From Elusimicrobiota bacterium (lineage in GTDB: Bacteria > Elusimicrobiota > Elusimicrobia > JACQPE01), in NCBI GenBank assembly GCA_016180815.1, contig JACPAN010000013.1, positions 54,939-118,938 on the forward strand: DNA of 64,000 nucleotides, read 5' to 3'. Below are positions 9,171 to 18,759 of this stretch, piece by piece. The notes under the pieces are model-generated. The model did no database searches. It was not told where the DNA came from and worked only from the letters and a program-made list of their open reading frames with translations. Position numbers and translations under genes: made by a program. Numbering within the stretch: the first letter of the stretch is position 1; the number at the start of each line of letters is the position of its first letter.

Positions 9171-12100
9171 TTGCTTAACAGTCACTGGCGCCTGCCGTTT
9201 TTGTTGATCTTGGCTGTTGCCTTGCCTGCGCCTATTATTCTGGCTAATGAGGAAAGGCAAAGCCAATACCCCGAAGATGATGGCGACGACGGCGACGGCC
9301 GGCAAAGCCAGTACCCTGAAGAACCGGAAGGCTTCGACTGCGCGGCTGATCCTTCATGCCGCGCCGCAGCTGAATCGAGGGGCGAAGACCCCGGCTCCGT
9401 CTCCCAACAATTTCTTGAGGATTATTTAGCCGGACGCATCCCCGGCCATAGCCCGCCTCCCGATAGAAGTTCCCCGGGAACTGCCCCTGGCCCAAGCGCG
9501 GACCCATCGGCTGCAGGGCCAAGCACGGAAAGGGGCAAGGCTCTCGATGAAGGCAGAAAAGCCATGGCTGAGAAAGCGGCTTCCGGCGATGTTAGAGGCG
9601 GACACAGCGGCTTAAGCGGAACATTCTCCGGCACCGGCCGTCCCCCGGGATTCGAGGAGGAATTGGGAGCTGCCGCTCATTTGGAGCATACCTTGGGCGT
9701 CGCCGCAGCGCCTAAAATTCCCGGCGCTCCTAAAATCGAACGGCCGGAACTTTATACGGGCGAGACAGCGCCGGCCGCGGCTCCCGCCGGTACCGTAGCG
9801 GCTCCACCCGAAGCCAAGCCCGCTCTCGCTGATCTCTACAAAGCGCCGACGGCGGAAGGTCTAAAGGCCGCCTTGCCTTTAAGTCCATCGGCTGATTTTA
9901 CGCGAGAACGGGACTCATTGACCGACAAATTGGCCGGCCGCGCTGTATCCGCCGTCGAAAAATTAGGCAATGTCGAACTGGCCGGCAAGCTTCATGCCCT
10001 TATGGCTATGACCGATTCCCATGAACGGGCGGTGCTCCTGCGAGAAACATTGGGCGAAGCCGACGCATTAATTGAAACGACTTATCGGGCCAAAATTTGC
10101 GAAACCTTCAAAGGCCTGCCTAAAAAAGAAAAAGCTTGTCTGTCCGGTGAATTATCCAAGGATGATCTGACAAAAGCGCAAAGCATTGCGGCTAAAGAAA
10201 ATCCCGAACTAGCTCTTTATATTAATCAAAAAAGGGCCTACCAAACATTCCTGGAGGGCGGCATGAAAGACGGCCGGCTGGCTCTTGGCGACCGGCTGGA
10301 GCCTTGGGAAATTGGCCTGAATCCAGCGTCAGGGGCGGACATACGCATCGAGAAAGACGCCACCGCTATTGCTGGAGTCGAATTTTTGGGCTTTAAGATT
10401 AAAACCAAAGATGGGACTGAAATTTTTGAGGGAACAAGGGCCGGAACAGACGGCCTCGAAAAAATCAAAATCATCCGCAGTCCGAGCGGCGAAGTAAAAA
10501 CCGCTGTTTTGATCCTGCGCACGACCAAAGACAAAAAAGGCAAAGAGACTGAAGAAATCGTCCGAAGTTCCGTTGAAATCAAGGACAAAGACGGCCGCCT
10601 GGTTGAAACGGAAAAATACGATAAAAGCAAAGGCTTGGTGGAAAAAGAATGGTTTAAAGAAGGCAAAAAAATTAAATCCCTGGAAGAAAGGACCGCTAAG
10701 GGCGTCAAAACCGTCACGCATAAGGAATTCAATCCCAAGTCAACGGCCAAGGACCCGCCGCCCAAGCTTGTGGTGGTTGCGGAATTTAAATTGGAAAAGG
10801 GGAAAGAAAAAGAAATTAAAAGAACGATCTATAAAGACGATACGGAAACTGTCATCATGCCTGACGGCTCGGCCACCGTAACCAACAAAAAATTTGATCC
10901 CAAGCGTCCCTGGAAATACATGAAGGGTAAAATTTCCGGCGAAGGCTTTTTACAAACTGAGATTGCTTTTGGCGAGGCGGGCGTAGATTGCGCTGTCACC
11001 GGATCAACCTCAAAATGCACGATTTTAAGAGGCAAAACCGTCATTGCCGACGGCAAGGCTGAATTCCGTCCTGACGTCATCATTTCTCCAGCGGGCACTT
11101 GCCGGGGGGTCATTGATGAAAAAGGCGCCTGCAATTCGCCCGAGGAATACCGGCCTAAGGAAGGCCCAGGTTTTCGGATGCATGGGCCGCATGTGGCCGA
11201 ATATTTTGAAGTAAGCCCCGGCGCCGATGGCAAAGAAATAAGGACCGGGCTGATGGCAAGTTTAATCTCGGTAAACACGCCCGGTGAATCCTTATCAATG
11301 GCCAACAGTGTCGGCAAATTAATGGGCTTCGATGAAGGCCGTATCAAGGCCATGTCCAATTGGATTTATGACGGCGCTAATCTGTGGCGCATACACAATC
11401 CGGCAAGCAGTCTGGCCAGGATCAAACTCAAGCCCGAAGAATCACCCTTTCGCCTTTGGATTGATCTTAAATCCGGCGAAGATATCAAAGACAAGTCCAT
11501 GATTCTCTATTTTGACAACGCAATGGGCAAAGACCGGCGCGTTGAAAGCGCTCGATTTTTGCTCGCTACCAAACGTTTTGAGTCAGAGGCCCCGGGCGCG
11601 GCTCTGGTGGTTTATGCGCCGCTACATCTAGACATCAATGACAAACCCGTTGGGCCGAAGCTTGATGAAGCAGGTCTTTTGAGATGGAGAGAATACCCCG
11701 CTGATCATTGGAACTGGAACTATGTCCGGTGTTGGGAAACGGAGACCAAGGGCGATCCGAGCTTGATGGAAAAATATGCGGATGCAGGCTCAATGACGCT
11801 GTCTCATGCCAAATTTTTGGTGGAACGAGAGGCCGGCAAAGGATGCCGCGGCAAAGAAATTTCGCGAACGCCCATCGGTAAGCCGGTAACCGAGAAAATT
11901 AAAGTCGAAAAGAGCATGGAGGAGTTCGTCAAACTCAGGAAATTGGAAATGATGAAGCGCAGAATGAAATCCCCGATGGAAGAAGGGCTTGAGTGGGCGA
12001 TGGATAAGAGCGCCGCCCTAGGCCGGGGCACTATCGAAGGATTTAAGGCGGGGGGCTTAGCCTGGGCTGCCATCGCTTCTGAAATGACCGGTGATAAAGA

Positions 12101-14654
12101 AACATCCGCCGCATACGGCCTGGGTGTTTATGCCTCTCTTTTGAGAACCGGCGCCGTGTATACGCCGGATGAGATTCTCGCCAAGGTCAAGGCGGATAAA
12201 AAAGTCTTGGTTTTTTTGGATGCCGAGGTGCGAGCCGGACGCAGCGACGCCTACAAAGCGCTTCGCGGGCCGGGGGCAACGCCTGAATCACTGATCGCCG
12301 CTAAAAAAATGGATAGCGCGCCGGTGACGGATGCCGAACGCTTGGCCCACCTGCGCAAATACGGCACCGCGGAGCATATCCTTGAACGAGCCGAGGAAAC
12401 CGGATCAGCGGCTCTTTATGCGGCCGGCGGAGCCGATGCTTTCATCACCACATTCGCCGAAGGCTGGCCCATGATGATGGGTTTCACCGGGCTTGAGGCC
12501 ATTGAGCGAGTCAAGCGCTTGGGCTCTTTGGCCAAAGCCGCCACCTTAACCAAGGCCGCCGCAGGCGCATATATGACATCGGGCCTCATCATCGGCGGGG
12601 TCAGTTATGTGGGCGAGTTCGCTGACGCAGCCGGCCGTGGCGATGCTGCGGACATGGTGAAAGCCGCGGCCACAGCCGCCGCTGATTTTGGTTTGGCCGA
12701 TGTGGTCATTCATAAAGTTTTCGGGGTTCATTCGAGTGAAAAAGCGACTATGGAAGCCTTGCGTAAAGAACGCCTGGCCCTTGAAAAAGACTCCACGCCG
12801 ACCGCGGAACTGATTTTTATCGAGATTCATGATTTAGTCGCGGGGAAACGCGATTTTGAAGGCATTATGAAAGCCTACGGCTATGAAGGCCCGGTCAGCC
12901 TGGACAACGGCAAAGGCATTTTGACGGTTCGCCCCGGCGATGTCGGGACCAAAGATTTAAAAGCCATGCTGATCGCCAAAGGCATCCGCGTTTATGATTC
13001 CTGGCCCAAGGAATGGAGTCCGATTTTTGATTCCAAATCCACTGACTCAAAAACAGAACCCATCGATACCGGAACCACCAAGATTGAAGATAAAGCTCCT
13101 CCCGGCCCAGGCGATGTTGCGATATCTGCATCAGAGACGGATATCTCTTTAACAATTAAATTTGAAAAATACGGCGACGCGCTGCGCATGAAATACATCA
13201 TCGGTGATTCTTCGGTTCATGATCGGACGCTACGTGTCAGAAAGGATACGCCGGCGGACATTGTTTCGGATCTAAAAAGAGTGGGCTATGCCATTGAAAT
13301 CATCGAGGCTCTCTCGCCGTCGGGTCCGACCGCCAAAAAAACTCCAAAACCAAGCTCCGTCGCTGATCCGGATAAAACAAGCCCGGCTGTGCCCAAAGCT
13401 ATGGCTGAAAAAACTTTAGATTCGGACAAAACCCTGGTTGACGCGCCGTCTGCGGATGCCGCATTTAAAGGCTTTCTCCCACCTGAAATTGCAGCCCGCC
13501 GTATCGAGGCTTTTGCCGAAGCCCGCAAACACATCTTTGGATCGGCAGGTTCAAGCGACGCTTTCCTTCGCGTCAGGCCCGATATTCCTTGGGATAAATA
13601 TGAAACGTTGAAAAAAGCCGGCTTCGACGTGATCGTGGAAGGGGAAATTACAGAGCGTTCAAGCGGAGATACTTCGGTTGGCCCGGCTCCCGGGCCGCCC
13701 GCCGCCAAGAAGCGCGTGATGCTTGAGCGCGTCAAAAGACCGGATGGAAGCTGGGAATATGTTGATGCCTCGGGTAAAAAATTTATCCTTGATGATCCCA
13801 GGCATGAAATCGAGGCAGGGACGCCCATCGCCGGTGGCATGAGCAGGGGCAGGGGCAGTTCCAGAGAGAAATTGCTGGTGGACTGGTCCAAGGACAAGGC
13901 TTTAAACGATTTATATACCGAAATTTTAAAGCCTTATGAAGAGCGCGGCCTTGACGGGGCTGAAAAAACAGCGCTTTTAGGCAAGGTCTATGAAAAAGTT
14001 CGCAAAACGATTCCGGCTAGTCTAACCGCGGAAGCTGAAATCAAAAGCAAGTTTAAAAACAAAACCGTTTTGATCGGCGAGGCTTGCGTCGGCTTTGGCG
14101 GCGTTTGCCGGCACCAAGGTATCGTCATAGCCGCCATTGTCGAACGATTAACCAAAGAGGGGTACCTCAACGGCGTTGCCAGTTATGTGCGGGGCCCCGG
14201 CCATGGATTTGCCGCCTATAGGTCTTCCGATGGGACCTGGATTATCCTGGACGGGGTGCAAAATTATTTCGGCCTGGCCAAAGATGCTTATTTTATCGGT
14301 GAAGACTCATCGGGACGAGGCCTTTTTCCTTATGCCGACTATCTGCCTAAAGAGACCAAACCAAGCGAACCTGCTGCCAAGACAAAACCAGCGCCCAGGC
14401 GGGATGCGATGATCATGGAGCCTGTCTTTTATCTCGATCCATTAACATCCCCCAAAGCAGACAAAACCATTAAGACCATCGAAACTAAATTTAAAGATGA
14501 CGTTATGATCCATACCGATAAAGAAACCGGGCTGGTCAGAATTTATGCCGAATCCGAAGTGGTGAAAAAAATTCACGAGCTTCTCAAGGGTGACGGAATC
14601 GAAATTTTATCGGAAGAAGCATATGGCAGAAAAAAAGTTCTACGCTCGCCGTAA
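9171..14654 (+). CDS. large secreted multidomain protein (1,827 aa) with C-terminal transglutaminase-like / papain-fold Cys-His-Asp signature
   Basis: TTG at 9171 four nt after AGGAGG; signal peptide; acidic RQSQYPE repeats; Pro/Ala/Gly-rich low-complexity region; Lys/Glu-rich repeat region; C-terminal GEACVGFGGVCRHQG...GPGHGFAAYRSSDGTWIILDG (C...H...D spacing as in transglutaminase-like cysteine peptidase cores). Confidence 0.75.
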   Translation: MLNSHWRLPFLLILAVALPAPIILANEERQSQYPEDDGDDGDGRQSQYPEEPEGFDCAADPSCRAAAESRGEDPGSVSQQFLEDYLAGRIPGHSPPPDRSSPGTAPGPSADPSAAGPSTERGKALDEGRKAMAEKAASGDVRGGHSGLSGTFSGTGRPPGFEEELGAAAHLEHTLGVAAAPKIPGAPKIERPELYTGETAPAAAPAGTVAAPPEAKPALADLYKAPTAEGLKAALPLSPSADFTRERDSLTDKLAGRAVSAVEKLGNVELAGKLHALMAMTDSHERAVLLRETLGEADALIETTYRAKICETFKGLPKKEKACLSGELSKDDLTKAQSIAAKENPELALYINQKRAYQTFLEGGMKDGRLALGDRLEPWEIGLNPASGADIRIEKDATAIAGVEFLGFKIKTKDGTEIFEGTRAGTDGLEKIKIIRSPSGEVKTAVLILRTTKDKKGKETEEIVRSSVEIKDKDGRLVETEKYDKSKGLVEKEWFKEGKKIKSLEERTAKGVKTVTHKEFNPKSTAKDPPPKLVVVAEFKLEKGKEKEIKRTIYKDDTETVIMPDGSATVTNKKFDPKRPWKYMKGKISGEGFLQTEIAFGEAGVDCAVTGSTSKCTILRGKTVIADGKAEFRPDVIISPAGTCRGVIDEKGACNSPEEYRPKEGPGFRMHGPHVAEYFEVSPGADGKEIRTGLMASLISVNTPGESLSMANSVGKLMGFDEGRIKAMSNWIYDGANLWRIHNPASSLARIKLKPEESPFRLWIDLKSGEDIKDKSMILYFDNAMGKDRRVESARFLLATKRFESEAPGAALVVYAPLHLDINDKPVGPKLDEAGLLRWREYPADHWNWNYVRCWETETKGDPSLMEKYADAGSMTLSHAKFLVEREAGKGCRGKEISRTPIGKPVTEKIKVEKSMEEFVKLRKLEMMKRRMKSPMEEGLEWAMDKSAALGRGTIEGFKAGGLAWAAIASEMTGDKETSAAYGLGVYASLLRTGAVYTPDEILAKVKADKKVLVFLDAEVRAGRSDAYKALRGPGATPESLIAAKKMDSAPVTDAERLAHLRKYGTAEHILERAEETGSAALYAAGGADAFITTFAEGWPMMMGFTGLEAIERVKRLGSLAKAATLTKAAAGAYMTSGLIIGGVSYVGEFADAAGRGDAADMVKAAATAAADFGLADVVIHKVFGVHSSEKATMEALRKERLALEKDSTPTAELIFIEIHDLVAGKRDFEGIMKAYGYEGPVSLDNGKGILTVRPGDVGTKDLKAMLIAKGIRVYDSWPKEWSPIFDSKSTDSKTEPIDTGTTKIEDKAPPGPGDVAISASETDISLTIKFEKYGDALRMKYIIGDSSVHDRTLRVRKDTPADIVSDLKRVGYAIEIIEALSPSGPTAKKTPKPSSVADPDKTSPAVPKAMAEKTLDSDKTLVDAPSADAAFKGFLPPEIAARRIEAFAEARKHIFGSAGSSDAFLRVRPDIPWDKYETLKKAGFDVIVEGEITERSSGDTSVGPAPGPPAAKKRVMLERVKRPDGSWEYVDASGKKFILDDPRHEIEAGTPIAGGMSRGRGSSREKLLVDWSKDKALNDLYTEILKPYEERGLDGAEKTALLGKVYEKVRKTIPASLTAEAEIKSKFKNKTVLIGEACVGFGGVCRHQGIVIAAIVERLTKEGYLNGVASYVRGPGHGFAAYRSSDGTWIILDGVQNYFGLAKDAYFIGEDSSGRGLFPYADYLPKETKPSEPAAKTKPAPRRDAMIMEPVFYLDPLTSPKADKTIKTIETKFKDDVMIHTDKETGLVRIYAESEVVKKIHELLKGDGIEILSEEAYGRKKVLRSP

Positions 14655-14667
14655 AAACGAAACCCTT

Positions 14668-14997
14668 CTAACGATCCCGGACTTTAATCTCCACGGAAGC
14701 GATGGCGTCAAGGGGAATGTAAACCTCGTAAAATTCCCTACCCGTCGGATTTTTAAGAACAACCGCATGAGAAGCGGCTTCTTTGACCTTGCCTGAATAC
14801 TCTTTGCCGCTCCGGAGATTGATATAAACGTGCAGATTCTTTTCAGCCGCCATCTTGAGAACGTCTTTTTGAGCATGCTCGGCTGAAACCGTCGGGGTTT
14901 CTTCCTTGGCGCCTTGAGCTTCAACGAAGCGTCCAAGGCCCAGCGCCGCGGCTGCGACCAATCCCAGAACAAGCCCTATTTTGATTGATTGTTTCAT
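14668..14997 (-). CDS. hypothetical small secreted protein
   Basis: Signal-like MKQSIKIGLVLGLVAAAALG; convergent with the large gene; start chosen at internal ATG of the longer ORF. Confidence 0.45.
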   Translation of the reverse strand: MKQSIKIGLVLGLVAAAALGLGRFVEAQGAKEETPTVSAEHAQKDVLKMAAEKNLHVYINLRSGKEYSGKVKEAASHAVVLKNPTGREFYEVYIPLDAIASVEIKVRDR

Positions 14998-15221
14998 TAG
15001 ATTTCCTCCCTCCTGATCGTTAATTGAGAACGCCCTATTTTCCATCATTTTTAACCCAAGATGTTATTGCTTAACCGAAAGGTGTTTATTTTCAATCCTT
15101 ATTGAACCGCCGGTTGATGGGTCTTTAGTTCGATCAATCTTAGACCTAAGACACGTGACGTTTTTTTGCGTTCCTGCCATACTAACTTTGAAGCCCCAAG
15201 AAGGTTAAGGAGGACAGTTCG

Positions 15222-15806
15222 ATGTTGTCAAGGATGAAAAAAACGCAAATCGGTTTAGCCGGCCTCATAATCGCCGGTTTATCAACCCAAACAGCGCTTT
15301 GGGCTGAATCAAGCCGTGAGGGTGAAGCCTGCGCCACGGTGAAACAGGAGCTTCGCAAAACACGGACGGCCACGGCCAAGATAGAGGGTTCTCTAGGCGC
15401 CTCAAGCAAGACGGCGGTCCGCCTAGGCTCGGCCTTCGGCGAAACCCGTGCCAAGGGGTGCAAGGGCACGGAATGTGTGCATGGAACCACCGATCCTCAT
15501 TTAGGAACTTTGCCCGTTCGCGTTGGAACGGCTGAGGCAGGAAAAAAGGCGGAATCCAAAAGCGTCAAGACAAAAACCGTCAAAACCGGTGTTTCTAAAA
15601 AGTCCGACAAAATGTCTTCAGGGGGCCGTCCGGCTGACCATGATTGCACTCATCGGCCCGAAGGATCGAGCCTGACCGGTTCCGCCGGGAAGACGGCAAC
15701 CGCTGCCGTAGAATCAGCCAAAAAACCGGCTGAACCAACAAATCCGGTTCCCTGGGGTAAAGGTTGTCGTATGATGGGCGGCGCCGTCACCTGCTGTTTT
15801 CCATGA
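15222..15806 (+). CDS. hypothetical secreted Cys-containing protein
   Basis: AAGGAGG RBS before ATG 15222; signal-like N-terminus; Lys/Thr-rich body; C-terminal CxxxxxxxxCC. Confidence 0.55.
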   Translation: MLSRMKKTQIGLAGLIIAGLSTQTALWAESSREGEACATVKQELRKTRTATAKIEGSLGASSKTAVRLGSAFGETRAKGCKGTECVHGTTDPHLGTLPVRVGTAEAGKKAESKSVKTKTVKTGVSKKSDKMSSGGRPADHDCTHRPEGSSLTGSAGKTATAAVESAKKPAEPTNPVPWGKGCRMMGGAVTCCFP

Positions 15807-16336
15807 AATTAAAGGTAATGAACCAAATGACTAAAACAAAAATGTGGATCGCGCCCGTTATTTTCTTGGCTTTTTCCCAGGCCATGGCTGACACAGACCC
15901 GTTAAAAACGTATGAGGCGACTACTAAGGTGATGGATGGGAAAGCGCCCAAGAAAGGCGTGGCAACTTCGGCTGTTAAGCCGGGGACTGCCAAGCCAAGC
16001 ACGGCCGCGCCCAAGACCCCGGCCAAAGCGGCGGCCTCAAAACCGGACCGGGCTTATTGCATCGCGCGCGTCAATGGCCTGGCTCTGCGCATCAGCGCTC
16101 TTGAAACAAAACGATTGGAATTCAAAGCTGCCAAAAAGGAGGGTGAGGCCATTGTGAAAAGTCTGCGCGAAGAGTACTGGGGACGTGCTTGGACAGAGGA
16201 AACACGTATCGCCGTTCATAAAGCCGAAGGAGCCAGGAAAGGAGCCGCAGATGCCCTTTGGTCAGCCGATCATGCTTTAGACGGGTTGCACAAAGAAATG
16301 GCCGCTCTCGATGAACGTTGCGGCTTATCAAAATAA
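15803..16336 (+). CDS. hypothetical secreted protein
   Basis: ATGA start/stop overlap with upstream gene; hydrophobic signal-like WIAPVIFLAFSQAMA; start ambiguous among ATGs at 15803/15818/15827. Confidence 0.5.
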   Translation: MKLKVMNQMTKTKMWIAPVIFLAFSQAMADTDPLKTYEATTKVMDGKAPKKGVATSAVKPGTAKPSTAAPKTPAKAAASKPDRAYCIARVNGLALRISALETKRLEFKAAKKEGEAIVKSLREEYWGRAWTEETRIAVHKAEGARKGAADALWSADHALDGLHKEMAALDERCGLSK

Positions 16337-16357
16337 CATCAGGAGGAAACCATAACA

Positions 16358-17002
16358 ATGTCGCAAACTAAAAAAATCGCGCTTACGCTGGCCGCTTTTG
16401 GCCTGCTGGCGGGCTATGCGTCGGCCCAGGAGACAGCCAAGCGGGGCGGCCCTCAAGAGCCGAAAAAGACTTGGGCCGACTCTTCGAAGACATTCGATGG
16501 GAATGCGCCCCGCGTCAAAAATGAGGATGGCGAAGAAGCTGAGCCTCTCCGCATTGATGAAAGCGGGCTTGATCCCAAACGAGGCGCAGACGACGGGGAT
16601 GAAAAATATATCTGGGTAGATGGGGAGAAAAAGGAGTCCGAAGGCGGACCCACGACCCGCCAGGGCTATGATGAGCGCACGAGAACCCGGGGACGAAGGG
16701 ACAGGGGATCAAAGAACAGGCAAGTCAAACCTGAACCCAATGAATGCGGGCAATACGACCGGAGCAATCAGCGCTGCCGCCAGGGACGCGGCAAGCGCGG
16801 CGGCGAGCAACAACCGCGTTATGTGCCGCCCAAGCCCAATGAAGACGGCCAGGGAACGCCTGATGAACCGAGTGAAAACGAGCCTTCCCGGCCCAATAAT
16901 CCCGAGGAACGGCGGCCCAGGCAGGAATCGCCCAATAAGCCCAAGGAGAAAATTAAAATCGACCCCGGTCAGAGAAAACCGGGCAGCGTGATCTCCATTT
17001 AA
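16358..17002 (+). CDS. hypothetical secreted, highly charged low-complexity protein
   Basis: AGGAGG RBS; signal-like MSQTKKIALTLAAFGLLAGYASA; Arg/Glu/Pro/Gly-rich low-complexity remainder. Confidence 0.55.
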   Translation: MSQTKKIALTLAAFGLLAGYASAQETAKRGGPQEPKKTWADSSKTFDGNAPRVKNEDGEEAEPLRIDESGLDPKRGADDGDEKYIWVDGEKKESEGGPTTRQGYDERTRTRGRRDRGSKNRQVKPEPNECGQYDRSNQRCRQGRGKRGGEQQPRYVPPKPNEDGQGTPDEPSENEPSRPNNPEERRPRQESPNKPKEKIKIDPGQRKPGSVISI

Positions 17003-17022
17003 GCACCCGATAAAAAGATTCA

Positions 17023-18759
17023 GTGACGACCAGCGGTTTCATTGATGCCGGTTTTGTCGCGATTGCCATGGCATCATTGGCGTTTGTCTTTTACTTTTCG
17101 CTGACAACCAACGCCTTTAAAACTGAGAACCGCCCGTTAAAACGCTACTTAATCACGGCGGCCGCCGCTTACATCAGCATATTCATCTGGGCGCCGGCCG
17201 GGCTTTTTATCCTGGGTCTGTTGATGGCGCTCCTGAGCGCCCTGGCGTCGGGGAGCGCCGATCCCTGCATCTTGCGTCTGCCGGTTAAACCGGCGCTCCT
17301 CGCGCTGAGCGCGGCGAATCTTTTTTTTGGCGTGTTGCTGGCACGCCGCTGGGCCGGAGCATTATCCGGCAGATTGATGAGTTTAAATCGGCGTTTGGCC
17401 AAAAAAAGCCTTGTCCTTGTTTTGTCGGTTGTCGCGTTATCTGTTGGGGGCGCTGCCTGGCGCGGGCATCCTTATGCTGACCACGGAGCAGGTTTGATGG
17501 CCAAAATGACCTGGCTTCTGGGCCATGGCGACGACGTACTTTATGCGACCATGTTTGCGGGCTGGGGCCATGTGTTCGGATGGGACCGGCAGGGTCTTGA
17601 AGATTTTCAACGCCTGGCCCGAGGGCAGGCGCCCCCCGGCGCCAAGGTTGCGCGCGCCGATGCCGCTAAAAAATACGTCGTGTTTTCCGACCTGCATCTC
17701 TTGGAGAAAGGGGCCAGGCACGATCATTTCAAAAACTGGAGCCGGGCCGGCCATGGCCCGGGCAATCATGAAATTTTTCACAGGGCGCTCGATTATTACC
17801 AAAAACACGAATTTTATCTCGTGGAAGCGGGCGACATTGAAGATTTATTCGTCAAAGCCCCCGGCTTCGGCAGGATGGCGAAGGAGCAAATTTTCGACGC
17901 TGTATTGGGACCGCTCGGCAACTATTTTGACGGCGCGGCGGAAAAAAAGGAACGCCTCCAAAAGCTCCGCGCCATAGCGCGCAACTACGCATCTCACTAC
18001 GAACATTTACGCGATTCTTTTTTTAAACACGGCCGCCTCATCAAACTCATCGGCAATCACGATGAGGCGCTGTTGGAACCGGAATTCTTGAATGTTCTGC
18101 GGGAAATATACGGAGGTCCCATAGAGGTTTATGAATACCTTGCCCTGGTCGATGATCCCGCTGTCTCCAACAGTCCGGTGCGCGCTGTGGTGGCGCACGG
18201 GCATCAATTCGATGTGATCTGCGCCATTGGCGCTGGGGATTTAATCGGCGAGGTTTACACGGAATCCCTGGCTTGGTTTGGAACCGGGGCGGACAGAGTG
18301 TGGCCGGGTTATTCAGCCCAAGAAGGCGGCTGGACCCAACGCATGCGCAGAGACTCGGGATTCGCCAATACCATTTCACGTTCTCCCAGTTTCTTTAAGG
18401 AAAAAAACGCGGTTGTGAAATGGAGACACATGAACGAAGACATGGCCGCAAAGGCGGTCACCGGCGCCGGCCCTGAAGCGCCCTACCTTGTCCTCGGCCA
18501 TACCCACGAGCCCAGGTTCCGGGCGGCGGACAAAAACGGCTCGTTGGTGGAAAAATACGTCAACACGGGGTCCGCCTCGCTCTATGAACAACTGGTTTGG
18601 GCCGTAGAAATCATCAACGGCCGGCCCGCCTTGGTCGCTTGGCGGACAAATGAACAAGGCGCATTGATCAAAACGCTCATGGAAGCAACGCCGGACGGGC
18701 GGCTTATCCCGGCGCAGGACAAGATATTGGCAGTTGCATCACCTGGAGGCAATCTTTGA
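17023..18759 (+). CDS. membrane-anchored metallophosphoesterase (calcineurin-like)
   Basis: Several N-terminal hydrophobic helices, then the ordered metallophosphoesterase motifs VFSDLHL, EAGDIEDL, LIGNHDE, VVAHGHQFD, LVLGHTHEP; GTG start inferred from ORF limit. Confidence 0.75.
   Translation: MTTSGFIDAGFVAIAMASLAFVFYFSLTTNAFKTENRPLKRYLITAAAAYISIFIWAPAGLFILGLLMALLSALASGSADPCILRLPVKPALLALSAANLFFGVLLARRWAGALSGRLMSLNRRLAKKSLVLVLSVVALSVGGAAWRGHPYADHGAGLMAKMTWLLGHGDDVLYATMFAGWGHVFGWDRQGLEDFQRLARGQAPPGAKVARADAAKKYVVFSDLHLLEKGARHDHFKNWSRAGHGPGNHEIFHRALDYYQKHEFYLVEAGDIEDLFVKAPGFGRMAKEQIFDAVLGPLGNYFDGAAEKKERLQKLRAIARNYASHYEHLRDSFFKHGRLIKLIGNHDEALLEPEFLNVLREIYGGPIEVYEYLALVDDPAVSNSPVRAVVAHGHQFDVICAIGAGDLIGEVYTESLAWFGTGADRVWPGYSAQEGGWTQRMRRDSGFANTISRSPSFFKEKNAVVKWRHMNEDMAAKAVTGAGPEAPYLVLGHTHEPRFRAADKNGSLVEKYVNTGSASLYEQLVWAVEIINGRPALVAWRTNEQGALIKTLMEATPDGRLIPAQDKILAVASPGGNL

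Noticed and set aside
10238-13897. Several 100-200 aa minus-strand ORFs inside the 1,827-aa gene
   Set aside because: Antisense to a long, coherent + strand ORF with recognisable features; low-complexity composition.
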